Notes under the pieces: generated by a model
Database searches by the model: none
Seen by the model: only the letters and a program-made list of their open reading frames with translations
Told to the model about the DNA's origin: nothing
Part shown: one piece after another, positions 28,072 through 37,579 of the stretch
Position numbering within the stretch: position 1 is the first letter of the stretch
Layout: every line of letters begins with the position of its first letter
Position numbers and translations under genes: made by a program
NCBI GenBank assembly: GCA_965208835.1
Contig: OZ242358.1
Span: 256,001 to 320,000 of the forward strand
Direction: 5' to 3'
DNA: 64,000 bases
DNA from: Candidatus Latescibacterota bacterium
GTDB taxonomy: Bacteria; Latescibacterota; UBA2968; GCA-2709665

Positions 28072-29064
28072 ATGGCTGTCAGGATTTGTGACTGGAAACA
28101 CGGAAAGAAATGGGTCTACTCGATTACATACGACGAAGCCCTGATCGAACTGCACGAGCGCGCGGTGCCGATCCATGAAGCATTCGGAATACCGGGGCAC
28201 ATGGAGGCGGTAGCGGGCCACATTGGCGAAATCCGGCAACTCGGCGCTTCCAGCTACAACGGTTTCAGGCATATGACCGGTGAGGAAATGAAGGAGATGG
28301 TCGACCGCGGCTGGGGCGTGGGCAACCATTCGTGGAGCCACGAAGTGATACAGCCGGATATGCTGGACCGGGAGTTGCGGGAGGCGAAGGAGGTGCTGGA
28401 GGAGGCCATCGACGGACCGGTCGACCTCTACTGCTCGCCCGGAAACAATACGAATATGGCGGACCACGTACTGGAAGCGTGCCGCGAGTACGGCTACCTG
28501 GGCGCGATGAGTCTGACGGATGCGCTCAACCGGCCCGGCGACGAACTCTTCTGGCTGAACCGAACGGCCCTGCATGACCAGTTTTACGAACCTTTTTACA
28601 GCGAGTTCGATCCGTACCGGAACATACGCCACGCGCAGGCGGACGGCGGATGGATCATCGACTATTGCCATTGCCCGCTGGATGAGGCGGTCCATCGGAA
28701 CAAGGACTGCACGGCGGACCAGCTTCGGCGCCGTTTCGATGCCGTTGTCGAGGAAGGCGGAGACGACGTGTGGTGCGCCGGCCCCGAGGAAGCCGTCTTC
28801 TACCATCTCACCCGCCGGCATACCACGGTCACAACCCTCGTCGATACGGACGATGAAAAGCGCTATTGTCTGAACCTGTACGGGTTGTCAGACCGGGTGA
28901 CGTGCCGGGCGCTCACCCTCGACGCGGACGTACCCGCGGCGTGGTGCCGGTATCCCCGGGTCCGCGTCAACAATCAGCCGATGTCCGCCTCCCTCGTCCG
29001 CCCGGGCGTTCTGCGCGTGACCGTGGACGTTGAAGACGGGATGGAACTGGCGTATTCGGCGTAG
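28072..29064 (+). CDS. polysaccharide deacetylase (NodB-like) family protein
   Basis: SITYDE, GNHSWSH, SPG, HCP motifs. Confidence 0.82.
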   Translation: MAVRICDWKHGKKWVYSITYDEALIELHERAVPIHEAFGIPGHMEAVAGHIGEIRQLGASSYNGFRHMTGEEMKEMVDRGWGVGNHSWSHEVIQPDMLDRELREAKEVLEEAIDGPVDLYCSPGNNTNMADHVLEACREYGYLGAMSLTDALNRPGDELFWLNRTALHDQFYEPFYSEFDPYRNIRHAQADGGWIIDYCHCPLDEAVHRNKDCTADQLRRRFDAVVEEGGDDVWCAGPEEAVFYHLTRRHTTVTTLVDTDDEKRYCLNLYGLSDRVTCRALTLDADVPAAWCRYPRVRVNNQPMSASLVRPGVLRVTVDVEDGMELAYSA

Positions 29065-29093
29065 AGTCGAGATCCGGAACCAGCCCTGGTACG

Positions 29094-29672
29094 GTGAAAA
29101 GTGAGATCCTGAGAATGGGCAACTTCGCCGGTCACAACCTTCACCTGGAAACGCCGCGCCTGAGTCTGCGGCCATTCGATGAGCCGGACTTCGATCTGGC
29201 CGTTCCCTTTTATCGGGACCCCGATTTCCTGAATGCGATGGAAGCGGACCCGCCCGACGAACCCGTCACGAGCGCGTATCTCAAAGGGGCGGGCAAAGCG
29301 ATGGCGGAACAGGGATTCCTGTTTGCCATTGTCGAGAAGGCGAGCGGCCGCGCCATCGGCGAAGCGTGTCTTCAGTGGATGAATCTGGATCGTGGAAGAA
29401 TCGCTGGCGAGAAGGTGATGCGCCTGCCCATCGGGATCTGGGACAAGGACTTGTGGAGTCGGGGGTACGGGAAAGAGGTCGTACGCTGTCTGATGGCGTA
29501 CGCGTTTGGAGAACTGGGAATCGACCGCTTCTGCCCGATGGACGTGGCAGCGGACAACGCACGTTCTGCTGCATTGTGGCGGTCCCTCGGCCTGACCGTC
29601 GCCAGGAAAGTGGATGGCGGGAGGGTGCTGGATTTCGAGATTACCCGCGCGGACTATGAGAGGATGAAATAG
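29094..29672 (+). CDS. GNAT acetyltransferase, RimJ/RimL type
   Basis: LETPRLSLRP, WSRGYGKE, NARSAALWRSLG. Confidence 0.85.
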   Translation: MKSEILRMGNFAGHNLHLETPRLSLRPFDEPDFDLAVPFYRDPDFLNAMEADPPDEPVTSAYLKGAGKAMAEQGFLFAIVEKASGRAIGEACLQWMNLDRGRIAGEKVMRLPIGIWDKDLWSRGYGKEVVRCLMAYAFGELGIDRFCPMDVAADNARSAALWRSLGLTVARKVDGGRVLDFEITRADYERMK

Positions 29673-29718
29673 GGAGACATCGGAAGCCGTTGCAGAACCT
29701 TGTGGTCGCACGCCTTTC

Positions 29719-29750
29719 CTTTGTGCCTTCGTGCCTTTGTGTCTTTGTGT
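29719..29750. repeat. tandem octamer repeat (CTTTGTGY x4)
   Basis: CTTTGTGC CTTCGTGC CTTTGTGT CTTTGTGT between convergent genes. Confidence 0.7.
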
Positions 29751-29758
29751 GAGGAAAC

Positions 29759-32737
29759 TTACGTGCTTGCTCCCACCCCTGCGATCGTGGGTACAACGTA
29801 TTCGTCCCCTGGATTGACCAGGTACGTGTACCCGCTGGCGAGATCGGTGCCTTCTCTGAGTCCCCTGACGATCGTAATGTCGCCGGTTGAGACCCCGTTT
29901 TTCGTTACCGCCGCGATTCTGTAGCTCGTGTCCATCGGCAGATCGTTCATGAAGTGGATCGTGCGCCCGGCGAGGTCTGGGTCCCGCGGCAGAGGCGGAT
30001 CCAGGTCAACCACATTGTTCGCGGGGTCGGACGCGTCGATCCGCGTCACCTTCCCGCGCCAGGCTGCGCGTTCCGACTTCAGTTCAGCGGCCCCTGATGA
30101 GAGCCATGTGCCCCCGACCATTCTCATCAATCGTACCTCATCGCCCACCTGCCGGATCATTCCGAACATCCCGTTGAATCTGATCCCCCCTTCGACCCCG
30201 ACTTCCATCGTCTCCTCGCAACTGATCAGGATGTCCCGGCGACCGTCGGCCAGTTCCACTGCCACGGCGACGGCCGCGCAGGCATCTCCGTCGTGTCTCA
30301 CCCCCAGTTCGCTTACCCGAACGATGAACGGGTTGGTATCCCAGGGTTCCAGGACATTGACAAACCGGCTCTGCAACTCCTCGCCCAGCCTGCTCTGGAT
30401 GAGGTATCGGGGCCGCTGCAGCCTGCGGGGCGAATCTCCCGTGGCCAGCGCGACCTCGTCACAGGGCGTGAGCGCGTGCAGGAGGAGATGGGGTTCCCGG
30501 TCTTCAGGAATCCGCCCGCGGATGTCTTCGATCTTCCAGTCGACGGTGTACGGCGTCTGCACCCGCCCGCGAGAGCGGGCCACGTCGTAAAGGTACGTGA
30601 AGCCGCTCTGCTTGTGGAAGTCCGCATCTTTGCCGTCCAGCCTGGCGAACGGGACATCCGGGCCCGCGAAGGTGCCGCCTTTCTGCTCGCACAGTTCGAG
30701 GCCGGCGGCCAGTGCCGTTTCCGCCGCACCGTGCCAGGACAGACGGTGATTCGTACCGCCCCGGGCGCGGAACACGTCCAGCGCGTAGCTGTTGTCCTCA
30801 TCCACGTCGACCAGGACAACGGTGCGCCGGTAGGTCTTCAAGCCCTCATAGGCGTCTGGCGCATCCACCTGTATCGCACGCAACGGGGGCTCGTCGGCGA
30901 AGCACTCGATCTGCCCGCCCGGACTGTATGCCGAACGGGTATCGCCCACCAGCAGCGTATTGTGACTGATCGTGTTGGCCGTCCACGCGTGCCGCTTCGG
31001 CCAAGTGCCCGTATATTCGGGGTAGCCGAGATCCGGAATCATCGCCACGTTTTTCGCCAGCAGTCCCAGGTTGAGGCAATCGTGGTGAGAGTGTCCCTTT
31101 CCCTGCCCGTAGTGGATGAAAACGGCGCGACCGTTTTGCGGACTCCCGGTCTGTAACTGCGCCTGTCCGTACCTGCCGAGGTGCTCGCTCGTCAGGTTCT
31201 CCGAGCCCTGTTGACCGACTTTCCGAATCTCCCGGATCAGCGCATCCGGGTCCTCCCGGTATATATCGTCATCCAGACGCAGTGTGGACCCGTGAACGGC
31301 ATGCTCGTACCACGCCAGCGCCGCGAGACGCGTGTCTCCGAACAGCCGGAACGCCCGGACATAGGTCGCGGCGTCACCCTGCCTGCCCCACAAACCCACG
31401 GCGCCGCTGTCACCGGTATTGGGCATCATTCCGTCCAGCACGTTCAGCCGGGACTCCACGAGAAAGGCCTGTTTGAGCTTCGGGTAATCCGCGACGAGAT
31501 TGTGTTTCGTGTACTCCGGATACGTGGACAGAATCTGCGCCAGTTCCCGCATGTGGCGGGTCCAGATGAGCCCGTAGCTGCCGCATTCGCCGCCCATGCC
31601 GTCCCTGTCGAGCCCTTCGGTCAACACCCAGGTCACAGGGTCGTTCCGGGCCGAGTGGTCCCCGGGAAACCCCGGGTTAAACAGCCAGTCCAGCCATTGC
31701 GGCGTCAAATCCGGGTGGTCCAACGCGATCGCAGCGGTTGCCAGGGAGGAGTGATTCATGCCCGTATTGCCGTTGATCCGCCCATCCTTCACCGATGCGA
31801 GCGCCTCCAGCAGAAGATGTTCGTGAATATGTCCGCAGATCGCGTCAATGCTGCTCTTGTCCCCCAGGGCGAATCGTCCGGCTTTGTCCGAGCAGAACGC
31901 CACCAGGTCATCGTCGTCCTGAATACCGTCGAAGACGAGGTCATAGCTGCGGGCAAGGACCTGCGCGACGAAGGTCTCCCAGATGCAACCCTCAATGCGG
32001 CCTCTACCCGAACCGCCCTGGCTGTGCTGAAATCCCAGTGCGTGCAGCGGCAGGTAGTCCATCTCAGGGTAGACGTCGGCGATCCTGTCCAGCAGCACAC
32101 CCGCCTTGTGGGCGTAGCGTCGGTCACTGGTGAGCGCGTACGCTTCGGCCAGCGCGGCAACGCCTCGCTGTATCCGGCGCCACACGGCTTCGTAATTGTA
32201 GTACGCGATCATATCGTGCCGGTTACCCTGTTCGTCGAACATCCCGTATCCGTCGTCCACGTAGAGTTCGTGCCGGGGATCGGACGGATCGGGATGATCT
32301 GCGTTGAATAGCAGCGACCGGTCGCCCGACTCGCGCCTGAACATCCCGTGCGCGTCCAGGGCGGTCCTGTAGAACGCCCCGAAGTCGTTCTTCGGATAGA
32401 CCTCTTCGCAATGCTCGCACCAGATCTTCCACGGCCTGGCGTCGTCGAATTCCCACCATTCGCGCCCCGATTTCGCCGGCGCCTCCTCCCCGCAGCCAGG
32501 GCAGTACGGCTGCTGGCCCTTATAGGTCACGCCCTCATTCGTGTAGACTGTTCGCGGCAGCTCCTGTGCGGTCACCAATTCCCACAATGCTTCGTCCGTA
32601 CAGCCCACCCACTCGTCGGCTGCCGCAATCGCGCGTTCCTGCTGTTCGCGTGCCCATTCGTGCTTCGTCGCATTGGCCAGCGCATTCGACCGCATCGAAG
32701 CGCTCACAAATCGGCTTCGCTCTTTTCCGATTGACAT
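29759..32737 (-). CDS. heparinase II/III-like protein
   Basis: LAEAYALT....YA.KA, DG.GGE...Y, GHSHHDCLNL, DLGYP, SHNTLLV, YRRTVVLVD; start at MSIGKE inferred. Confidence 0.8.
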   Translation of the reverse strand: MSIGKERSRFVSASMRSNALANATKHEWAREQQERAIAAADEWVGCTDEALWELVTAQELPRTVYTNEGVTYKGQQPYCPGCGEEAPAKSGREWWEFDDARPWKIWCEHCEEVYPKNDFGAFYRTALDAHGMFRRESGDRSLLFNADHPDPSDPRHELYVDDGYGMFDEQGNRHDMIAYYNYEAVWRRIQRGVAALAEAYALTSDRRYAHKAGVLLDRIADVYPEMDYLPLHALGFQHSQGGSGRGRIEGCIWETFVAQVLARSYDLVFDGIQDDDDLVAFCSDKAGRFALGDKSSIDAICGHIHEHLLLEALASVKDGRINGNTGMNHSSLATAAIALDHPDLTPQWLDWLFNPGFPGDHSARNDPVTWVLTEGLDRDGMGGECGSYGLIWTRHMRELAQILSTYPEYTKHNLVADYPKLKQAFLVESRLNVLDGMMPNTGDSGAVGLWGRQGDAATYVRAFRLFGDTRLAALAWYEHAVHGSTLRLDDDIYREDPDALIREIRKVGQQGSENLTSEHLGRYGQAQLQTGSPQNGRAVFIHYGQGKGHSHHDCLNLGLLAKNVAMIPDLGYPEYTGTWPKRHAWTANTISHNTLLVGDTRSAYSPGGQIECFADEPPLRAIQVDAPDAYEGLKTYRRTVVLVDVDEDNSYALDVFRARGGTNHRLSWHGAAETALAAGLELCEQKGGTFAGPDVPFARLDGKDADFHKQSGFTYLYDVARSRGRVQTPYTVDWKIEDIRGRIPEDREPHLLLHALTPCDEVALATGDSPRRLQRPRYLIQSRLGEELQSRFVNVLEPWDTNPFIVRVSELGVRHDGDACAAVAVAVELADGRRDILISCEETMEVGVEGGIRFNGMFGMIRQVGDEVRLMRMVGGTWLSSGAAELKSERAAWRGKVTRIDASDPANNVVDLDPPLPRDPDLAGRTIHFMNDLPMDTSYRIAAVTKNGVSTGDITIVRGLREGTDLASGYTYLVNPGDEYVVPTIAGVGAST

Positions 32738-32961
32738 CTCGTTCACCCCTTTCAGGTCGCATGGCAAATTTACATCTACGAGTCCCCCATTTTGCCTAAT
32801 CATCCTGTCTCCCGCAAGCCGTAAACGCGCCGGTGGAGGTCCGCAGGGTCGAGGCGTCCGTATTGAGTTTACTTGCGGAATGGTTATATTACGTGGGCAA
32901 GGGCGATACGGATCGCCGGGACAAGGCTAAATTGTGAGATAGACTTGCGGAGGAGAGTACA

Positions 32962-33699
32962 ATGGAAGAATCTACAGAGGCACACGACGTGGAGAGCAGA
33001 GAGGAGATGGGTATCGTCAGCAGGATGATCGGAGCCTTGATCTCACCCGGTCGGACATTCGCCGCCGTTAACGCGCGTGTCGATCACCGGGACTGGTATC
33101 TCCCAATGATCGTCATCGTGGTTGTGGGCATGATTTCCGCGTACCAGCTCATGCCCGCCGCGCAGACGGCCGGGATGGAGGCCATGCAGGAGCGGCTCGC
33201 GCAGGATGAATCCCTTACGGAAGAACAACGGGCGCTGGCTCTGGAAAACGTGCAGAGGGTGATGGGCCTGGGCGCCGTAGTCCTCCCTTCCATCGGGACT
33301 GCCGTGACGATATTCGTCCAGGCGTTGATATTTCTCGCGCTCGCCAATTTCGTCTTCGGCGGCGACGGCACGTACAAGAAGACCCTGGCCGTTGTGAGCT
33401 ACAGCTCCCTCGTGGTCATCCCTGCCGCCATTGTGACGGTGCTGATTTCCGCGGCATGGGATTCGCCATCGGTACAACCTGGCCTGGGTCTGCTTGTGCC
33501 TGAATCCATGGAAGGGAGCTTCGCGGACCACTTCCTAACCATGACTACCGTCTTCGCTGTGTGGAAATACCTGTTGGTTGCCGTGGGTCTGGGGGCTGTT
33601 GCGGGGATTCGAACAAAGCTCGCGGGGATGGGCGTCTTCGGACTCTGGATCCTCTACGTCCTCGCCGCCGCCTTCGCACGGTCCGCTGTTTCCGTTTGA
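32962..33699 (+). CDS. Yip1 family membrane protein
   Basis: ALISPGRTF N-terminal motif, five TM segments; GGAGGAG RBS. Confidence 0.8.
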   Translation: MEESTEAHDVESREEMGIVSRMIGALISPGRTFAAVNARVDHRDWYLPMIVIVVVGMISAYQLMPAAQTAGMEAMQERLAQDESLTEEQRALALENVQRVMGLGAVVLPSIGTAVTIFVQALIFLALANFVFGGDGTYKKTLAVVSYSSLVVIPAAIVTVLISAAWDSPSVQPGLGLLVPESMEGSFADHFLTMTTVFAVWKYLLVAVGLGAVAGIRTKLAGMGVFGLWILYVLAAAFARSAVSV

Positions 33700-33770
33700 T
33701 GGCCGTGTACGGATATCACAGAGAGCACCCTATAGTTTGCACTATCGCAGAACCGGCACCCGGAGCCGCT

Positions 33771-33789
33771 CCCTGAGCTTGTCGAAGGG
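33771..33789. repeat. REP-like palindrome
   Basis: CCCTGAGCTTGTCGAAGGG, a widespread REP-type hairpin, between convergent genes. Confidence 0.55.
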
Positions 33790-33888
33790 TCGGCGAAGGG
33801 TAAAAAAGCATCGAAACGCGGCCAGAAGGTTGAACGGCTCGGAAATACAATGAGCATTCAACCTTCTGGCCGCGTTTTGTTTCTACGC

Positions 33889-34227
33889 TTACTCACTTAC
33901 GATCGTCTCGAGATGCTCAATCAGCTGCGGCATGTCGTTTCGGATTATGGATCGCAGGATTTCGAGGTCAACGTCATCGTAGCCGTGAACCAGACGGTTT
34001 CGAAGCCCGATAATTTGAGACCAAGGAATCGAAGCGTTTTGCCGGCGAGTATCCTCAGAAACGCGTCTGGCCGCTTCGCCAACAACCTCCACCAATTTCG
34101 TAAGCGCCAGCTGCTTTACTCGATCTTCGACAATATCATCCAGTGTTGCCTCACCGAGTAACCCAACGGCCTCTCTTGCGTATATAAGCATATCCACGAG
34201 GCTTACACGGTCGTCACGTCTGCTCAT
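33889..34227 (-). CDS. hepT: HepT-like HEPN RNase toxin (DUF86)
   Basis: VGEAA, IPW, RNRLVHGY (RX4H plus Tyr). Confidence 0.9.
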   Translation of the reverse strand: MSRRDDRVSLVDMLIYAREAVGLLGEATLDDIVEDRVKQLALTKLVEVVGEAARRVSEDTRRQNASIPWSQIIGLRNRLVHGYDDVDLEILRSIIRNDMPQLIEHLETIVSE

Positions 34228-34525
34228 AGACCGCCTCCGCTGAGTTGAGTATTTCGTTCCGAAGCAGCCAGTTCGGGTTGCTTACAACCCCCCTGAAGGT
34301 GTGAAGGTCGACTTTTCTCCCGTATATTGCCGACAACTCATCCTGCATTGTGATGAACTTCAGTCCCGGCGTCTTGCCTGGCTTGAACTCCACGATCACA
34401 TCCACATCGCTCTCCGGCGTGAAGTCGTCACGGAGAACCGAGCCGAACAGCGCCAGCCGCTTGATCCCATTCCGTTGGCAGAACGAGGCGATCTCTTCTC
34501 TTGAGATGTCGATTTTCGCGTTCAT
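34214..34525 (-). CDS. mntA: MntA-like minimal nucleotidyltransferase antitoxin
   Basis: LFGSVLRDDFTPESDVD, GRKVDL; overlaps the HEPN gene. Confidence 0.9.
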   Translation of the reverse strand: MNAKIDISREEIASFCQRNGIKRLALFGSVLRDDFTPESDVDVIVEFKPGKTPGLKFITMQDELSAIYGRKVDLHTFRGVVSNPNWLLRNEILNSAEAVYEQT

Positions 34526-34637
34526 CAGAGTATGCTCACACTAAGCAACGAAGACAATAAACGTACGATTTCCGATACCGTGAATTGTGCGTGTTTTCGC
34601 CTCAATCACTCTGTTTTCTGAGAGCGCTAATTCTCAA

Positions 34638-35963
34638 TCATTCGGTGCCGTTATTGTCGTCAGAAATGTCCGACAGGTTCGACATCAACTTTCTAATCAT
34701 CTCGTTTAACATCCTCTTGAGCACCTCAAGTTCTTGACCCGAGATTTTTTCTTCGTAGTCAAGCGAAGTGGACGAAAACCGCCAGTTGGAGCCACTCGTT
34801 CCAACTTCATTCACAATTCGGAAATAAAATTTCAAATCTTGCTTGGCCTGAAATTGATCAAAAGAGATTCCAAAGGATGTCGAGGCGAAGGCGGCGTATT
34901 CCGGCCAAGCCGCAATCTCATTATCAGGAATATCCAGGCTTGTTACTCTCGCGTCTGCGCTTCTCAAAGAACAGTCACCATTGAAAACATCGACACTCTC
35001 GAACATATCGGTAAACTGCTCACACTTATTTTTGCAATAGAAAAAAAATGGATACAATACCGTGCGCGCGTACTCTCTAGCCCGAATCAACTCACCTGTA
35101 CCCCTGTTAATCGACTGCTTAAAGAGTGCGATCTCCTTATCGATGTCCTCCGCGTCTTCGATGTCCTCTCCGCGTGCGGCTCGCAGATGGAGATTCAGGG
35201 TATATTCGCAGCAACCGGCAACATACGCGATGAATTCAGCCAGGTCTTCGGACTTGTCGGCCTGCTCGAGCGAGTCAATGTATCTGCTTCTCTCGTTAAT
35301 GGGTACAATTGCCACGGTGTAACCGTGTCGGATCAGAATCATATTCATCAGTAGCCGGGCCATGCGTCCGTTCCCATCGTCGAACGGATGAATTCTGACA
35401 AAGCGATAGTGAAACGTGGCTGCGACAACAATGGGATGTTCACCCTGGCTCTCGGCCCTTCTGTACCAGTCGACAAGATCGCTCATCTCCGGCTTTACCT
35501 GTTCGGGCGACGTGTAGTAGTATATTTCACCAGTCGAGGTCTCAACATTGTTTGGTTGGGTCTTGTATTGTCCGACGGTTATGAGTCGCCTCGTGGGCCG
35601 TCCATCCGGCGTAATTGCGTCAATTTCATAGGGCTCTTTCAATAATACCCTGTGGAGATTTCGGATGAAGACTTCGTTGAGAGCTTCGTTTTGTCTTACT
35701 GCATCATCTATCGCCTTTACAGCTTCGTCATGCCCTTCGATGTCCAGATGATCGCGCATCGATTTCCCGTGCGCAGTGAGTCCGTGGAGGATCAGACTTC
35801 GCGTCTCTCCGAGGGTGAGGCTGTTGCCTTCTATGGCATTGGAGTGATAGTTCGACTCGATCCGGAGCTTCTGTTCGATCCGCCCCACCACATCCGAAGG
35901 CAACGGCCGCAATGCGTCCAGCTCCGCTTTCAGCCGATCTATGTTTTCAATGACATTGCTCAT
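34638..35963 (-). CDS. Fic domain protein (class II type, N-terminal inhibitory motif) with a divergent C-terminal domain
   Basis: SNAIEGN inhibitory motif; HPFDDGNGRMAR catalytic motif. Confidence 0.9.
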   Translation of the reverse strand: MSNVIENIDRLKAELDALRPLPSDVVGRIEQKLRIESNYHSNAIEGNSLTLGETRSLILHGLTAHGKSMRDHLDIEGHDEAVKAIDDAVRQNEALNEVFIRNLHRVLLKEPYEIDAITPDGRPTRRLITVGQYKTQPNNVETSTGEIYYYTSPEQVKPEMSDLVDWYRRAESQGEHPIVVAATFHYRFVRIHPFDDGNGRMARLLMNMILIRHGYTVAIVPINERSRYIDSLEQADKSEDLAEFIAYVAGCCEYTLNLHLRAARGEDIEDAEDIDKEIALFKQSINRGTGELIRAREYARTVLYPFFFYCKNKCEQFTDMFESVDVFNGDCSLRSADARVTSLDIPDNEIAAWPEYAAFASTSFGISFDQFQAKQDLKFYFRIVNEVGTSGSNWRFSSTSLDYEEKISGQELEVLKRMLNEMIRKLMSNLSDISDDNNGTE

Positions 35964-36008
35964 GGTCGGTTTCTGAAGATCAATGACTTGACCCGACGCA
36001 GGACTGTT

Positions 36009-36086
36009 TCAGCGAGAGACAACTATACTGCACTTTGTATCTCGTCCCATGCTCGCGGGCCACGATACCGGCGAATCAGACTCCAT
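36009..36086 (-). pseudogene. possible truncated HEPN-partner remnant (25 aa)
   Basis: ATG overlaps the 3' end of the nucleotidyltransferase gene; reads MESDSPVSW then stops early. Confidence 0.3.
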
Positions 36087-36390
36087 AAACTTCGATGCCT
36101 TCCTTGAGGGCGTTCTTATAGATCAAGCCGTCATTGTCCTTATGTTTCTCCAGATCTTGCACAGTAGCAACGACAATATCGAAGGGCACGCGCAGGCCCT
36201 TAATCTCACGGTAGAGTTTCTGTGCTGTGCGGCGGCGGTGTACACCATCGGGCATGACGACGAGCAGATCAATGTCGCTCTGCTCTCCCGATTCATCCCT
36301 GGCCGCCGATCCGAAGAGCACGATTCGCAAGGGGTTTACCCGCTTGACAACCTCACCAACGAGCCTGTCTATTGTCGAATCAGACACCAT
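36076..36390 (-). CDS. minimal nucleotidyltransferase domain protein (orphan)
   Basis: IVLFGSAAR....QSDIDLLVV, FDIVVAT, ALKEG. Confidence 0.88.
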   Translation of the reverse strand: MVSDSTIDRLVGEVVKRVNPLRIVLFGSAARDESGEQSDIDLLVVMPDGVHRRRTAQKLYREIKGLRVPFDIVVATVQDLEKHKDNDGLIYKNALKEGIEVYGV

Positions 36391-36485
36391 TGCCTTCTTT
36401 CGCGGATGTGCGGGTTGTTCTGTTTCTCAATGTATACACAATGACGGGGAAATCGTCAAGGGGAAGGCGGGTTGTGGAGGCGGTT

Positions 36486-37238
36486 TCAGCGGCGCAGCCG
36501 GAAGCCCTGGGCGGTGAGGAATTCATCCAGTTCGGCGCGGGCGTGAAACTGTCCGGTGCGGCCGGCCATGACTTTTGTCCATCGCTCGTCGCCTTCGTGC
36601 ATCCCCTGCGAGGCGTAGAACTCGACCATCGTCCTGTCGTATTCCTCCATGGCCAGTCGATGCGTCTCGTCGCACAGGTATCGCTCGCGATGAAGGACCG
36701 CGTCCAGAGGCAAGCGCGGTTTGACTTCCGGCGCCTGGTCCGGATACCCGATGCAGAAACCGGCCACGGCTACGACATATGGGGGCAGATCGAGCAACCT
36801 GCCCACCGATTTCGGGTTGTTCCGCATCGCGCCGATCATGCAGATGCCCAATCCCAGCGATTCCGCGGCGATCGCCACGTTCTGCATCATCAGCGCCACG
36901 TCCACTGTCGCGATCATCAGCGCTTCCGCATAGTCCCCGTCAAACCGCTCCGCCTCGTGCATTTGGTTGGCCATCCTGTCCCGGTGCAGATCCGCGCAGA
37001 AGGCCAGAAACGCCGCGCTCTGGTGTATCTGCACCTGATCGGCGCACAGTTCGGCCAGTCGCTTCTTCCGCTTTGGATCGGCCACGTGAATGACGGTGTA
37101 GGCCTGCACATTGCTGGACGTGCTCGCCTGCTGCCCGCACCGGATCAGCGTTTCGAGCACACCGTCGGGAAGCGGCCGGTTCCGGAACCTGCGGATACTC
37201 TTGTGGGACATTAGAAGATCGATTGTGGGATTTGACAT
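36486..37238 (-). CDS. NADPH-dependent nitro/flavin reductase (NfsA/NfrA family)
   Basis: HKSIRRF, ASTSSNVQAY, AAESLGLG.C.IG..RN, KPRLP. Confidence 0.9.
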   Translation of the reverse strand: MSNPTIDLLMSHKSIRRFRNRPLPDGVLETLIRCGQQASTSSNVQAYTVIHVADPKRKKRLAELCADQVQIHQSAAFLAFCADLHRDRMANQMHEAERFDGDYAEALMIATVDVALMMQNVAIAAESLGLGICMIGAMRNNPKSVGRLLDLPPYVVAVAGFCIGYPDQAPEVKPRLPLDAVLHRERYLCDETHRLAMEEYDRTMVEFYASQGMHEGDERWTKVMAGRTGQFHARAELDEFLTAQGFRLRR

Positions 37239-37251
37239 GTTGAAACCCTTT

Positions 37252-37390
37252 AAAAGCGGGGAGAGGTGAGACGTTAGAGGGTAGAGATTACCTGCCTTGT
37301 GAGGTTTCTTTTCGTGCCGGGGGCAAGAAGGAATAAATCATCGGGCAAGGATTTCCTCTATCGGCTTCCCTCTACGTTCTTACCGCCTTT
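37252..37390 (+). repeat. Family A repeat
   Basis: AAAAGCGGGGAGA...TACCGCCTTT ends, conserved core. Confidence 0.88.
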
Positions 37391-37438
37391 TGCAGACCTC
37401 GCCCCCGGCTAATTCGGTAAGGAACTTTAGGCCAAAAA

Positions 37439-37497
37439 CAGAATCAAGATCCACTGCCCCTCAAATTCCCTGCCTGCGGCGTGTTCCTTTTGAAGCG
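37439..37497 (+). repeat. Family D short repeat
   Basis: Matches 4791-4848. Confidence 0.7.
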
Positions 37498-37509
37498 ACC
37501 AATAGGAAC

Positions 37510-37545
37510 AAAAAAAGCGGGTGGGTTTCGAAACCCACCCACGCT
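37510..37545 (-). terminator. intrinsic terminator of the atp operon
   Basis: Minus strand AGCGTGGGTGGGTTTCGAAACCCACCCGCTTTTTTT. Confidence 0.85.
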
Positions 37546-37579
37546 GTACCGCGGCTGAGGCATTGTCTTCCAGTCCGCC

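Noticed and set aside
22079-29672. Antibiotic biosynthetic cluster (DegT plus C45 acyltransferase)
   Set aside because: No scaffold-forming enzymes, glycosyltransferases, NDP-sugar genes or exporters; catabolism is more parsimonious.
33850-36450. Integron cassette array or prophage
   Set aside because: No integrase, attC-like sites or phage genes are visible.
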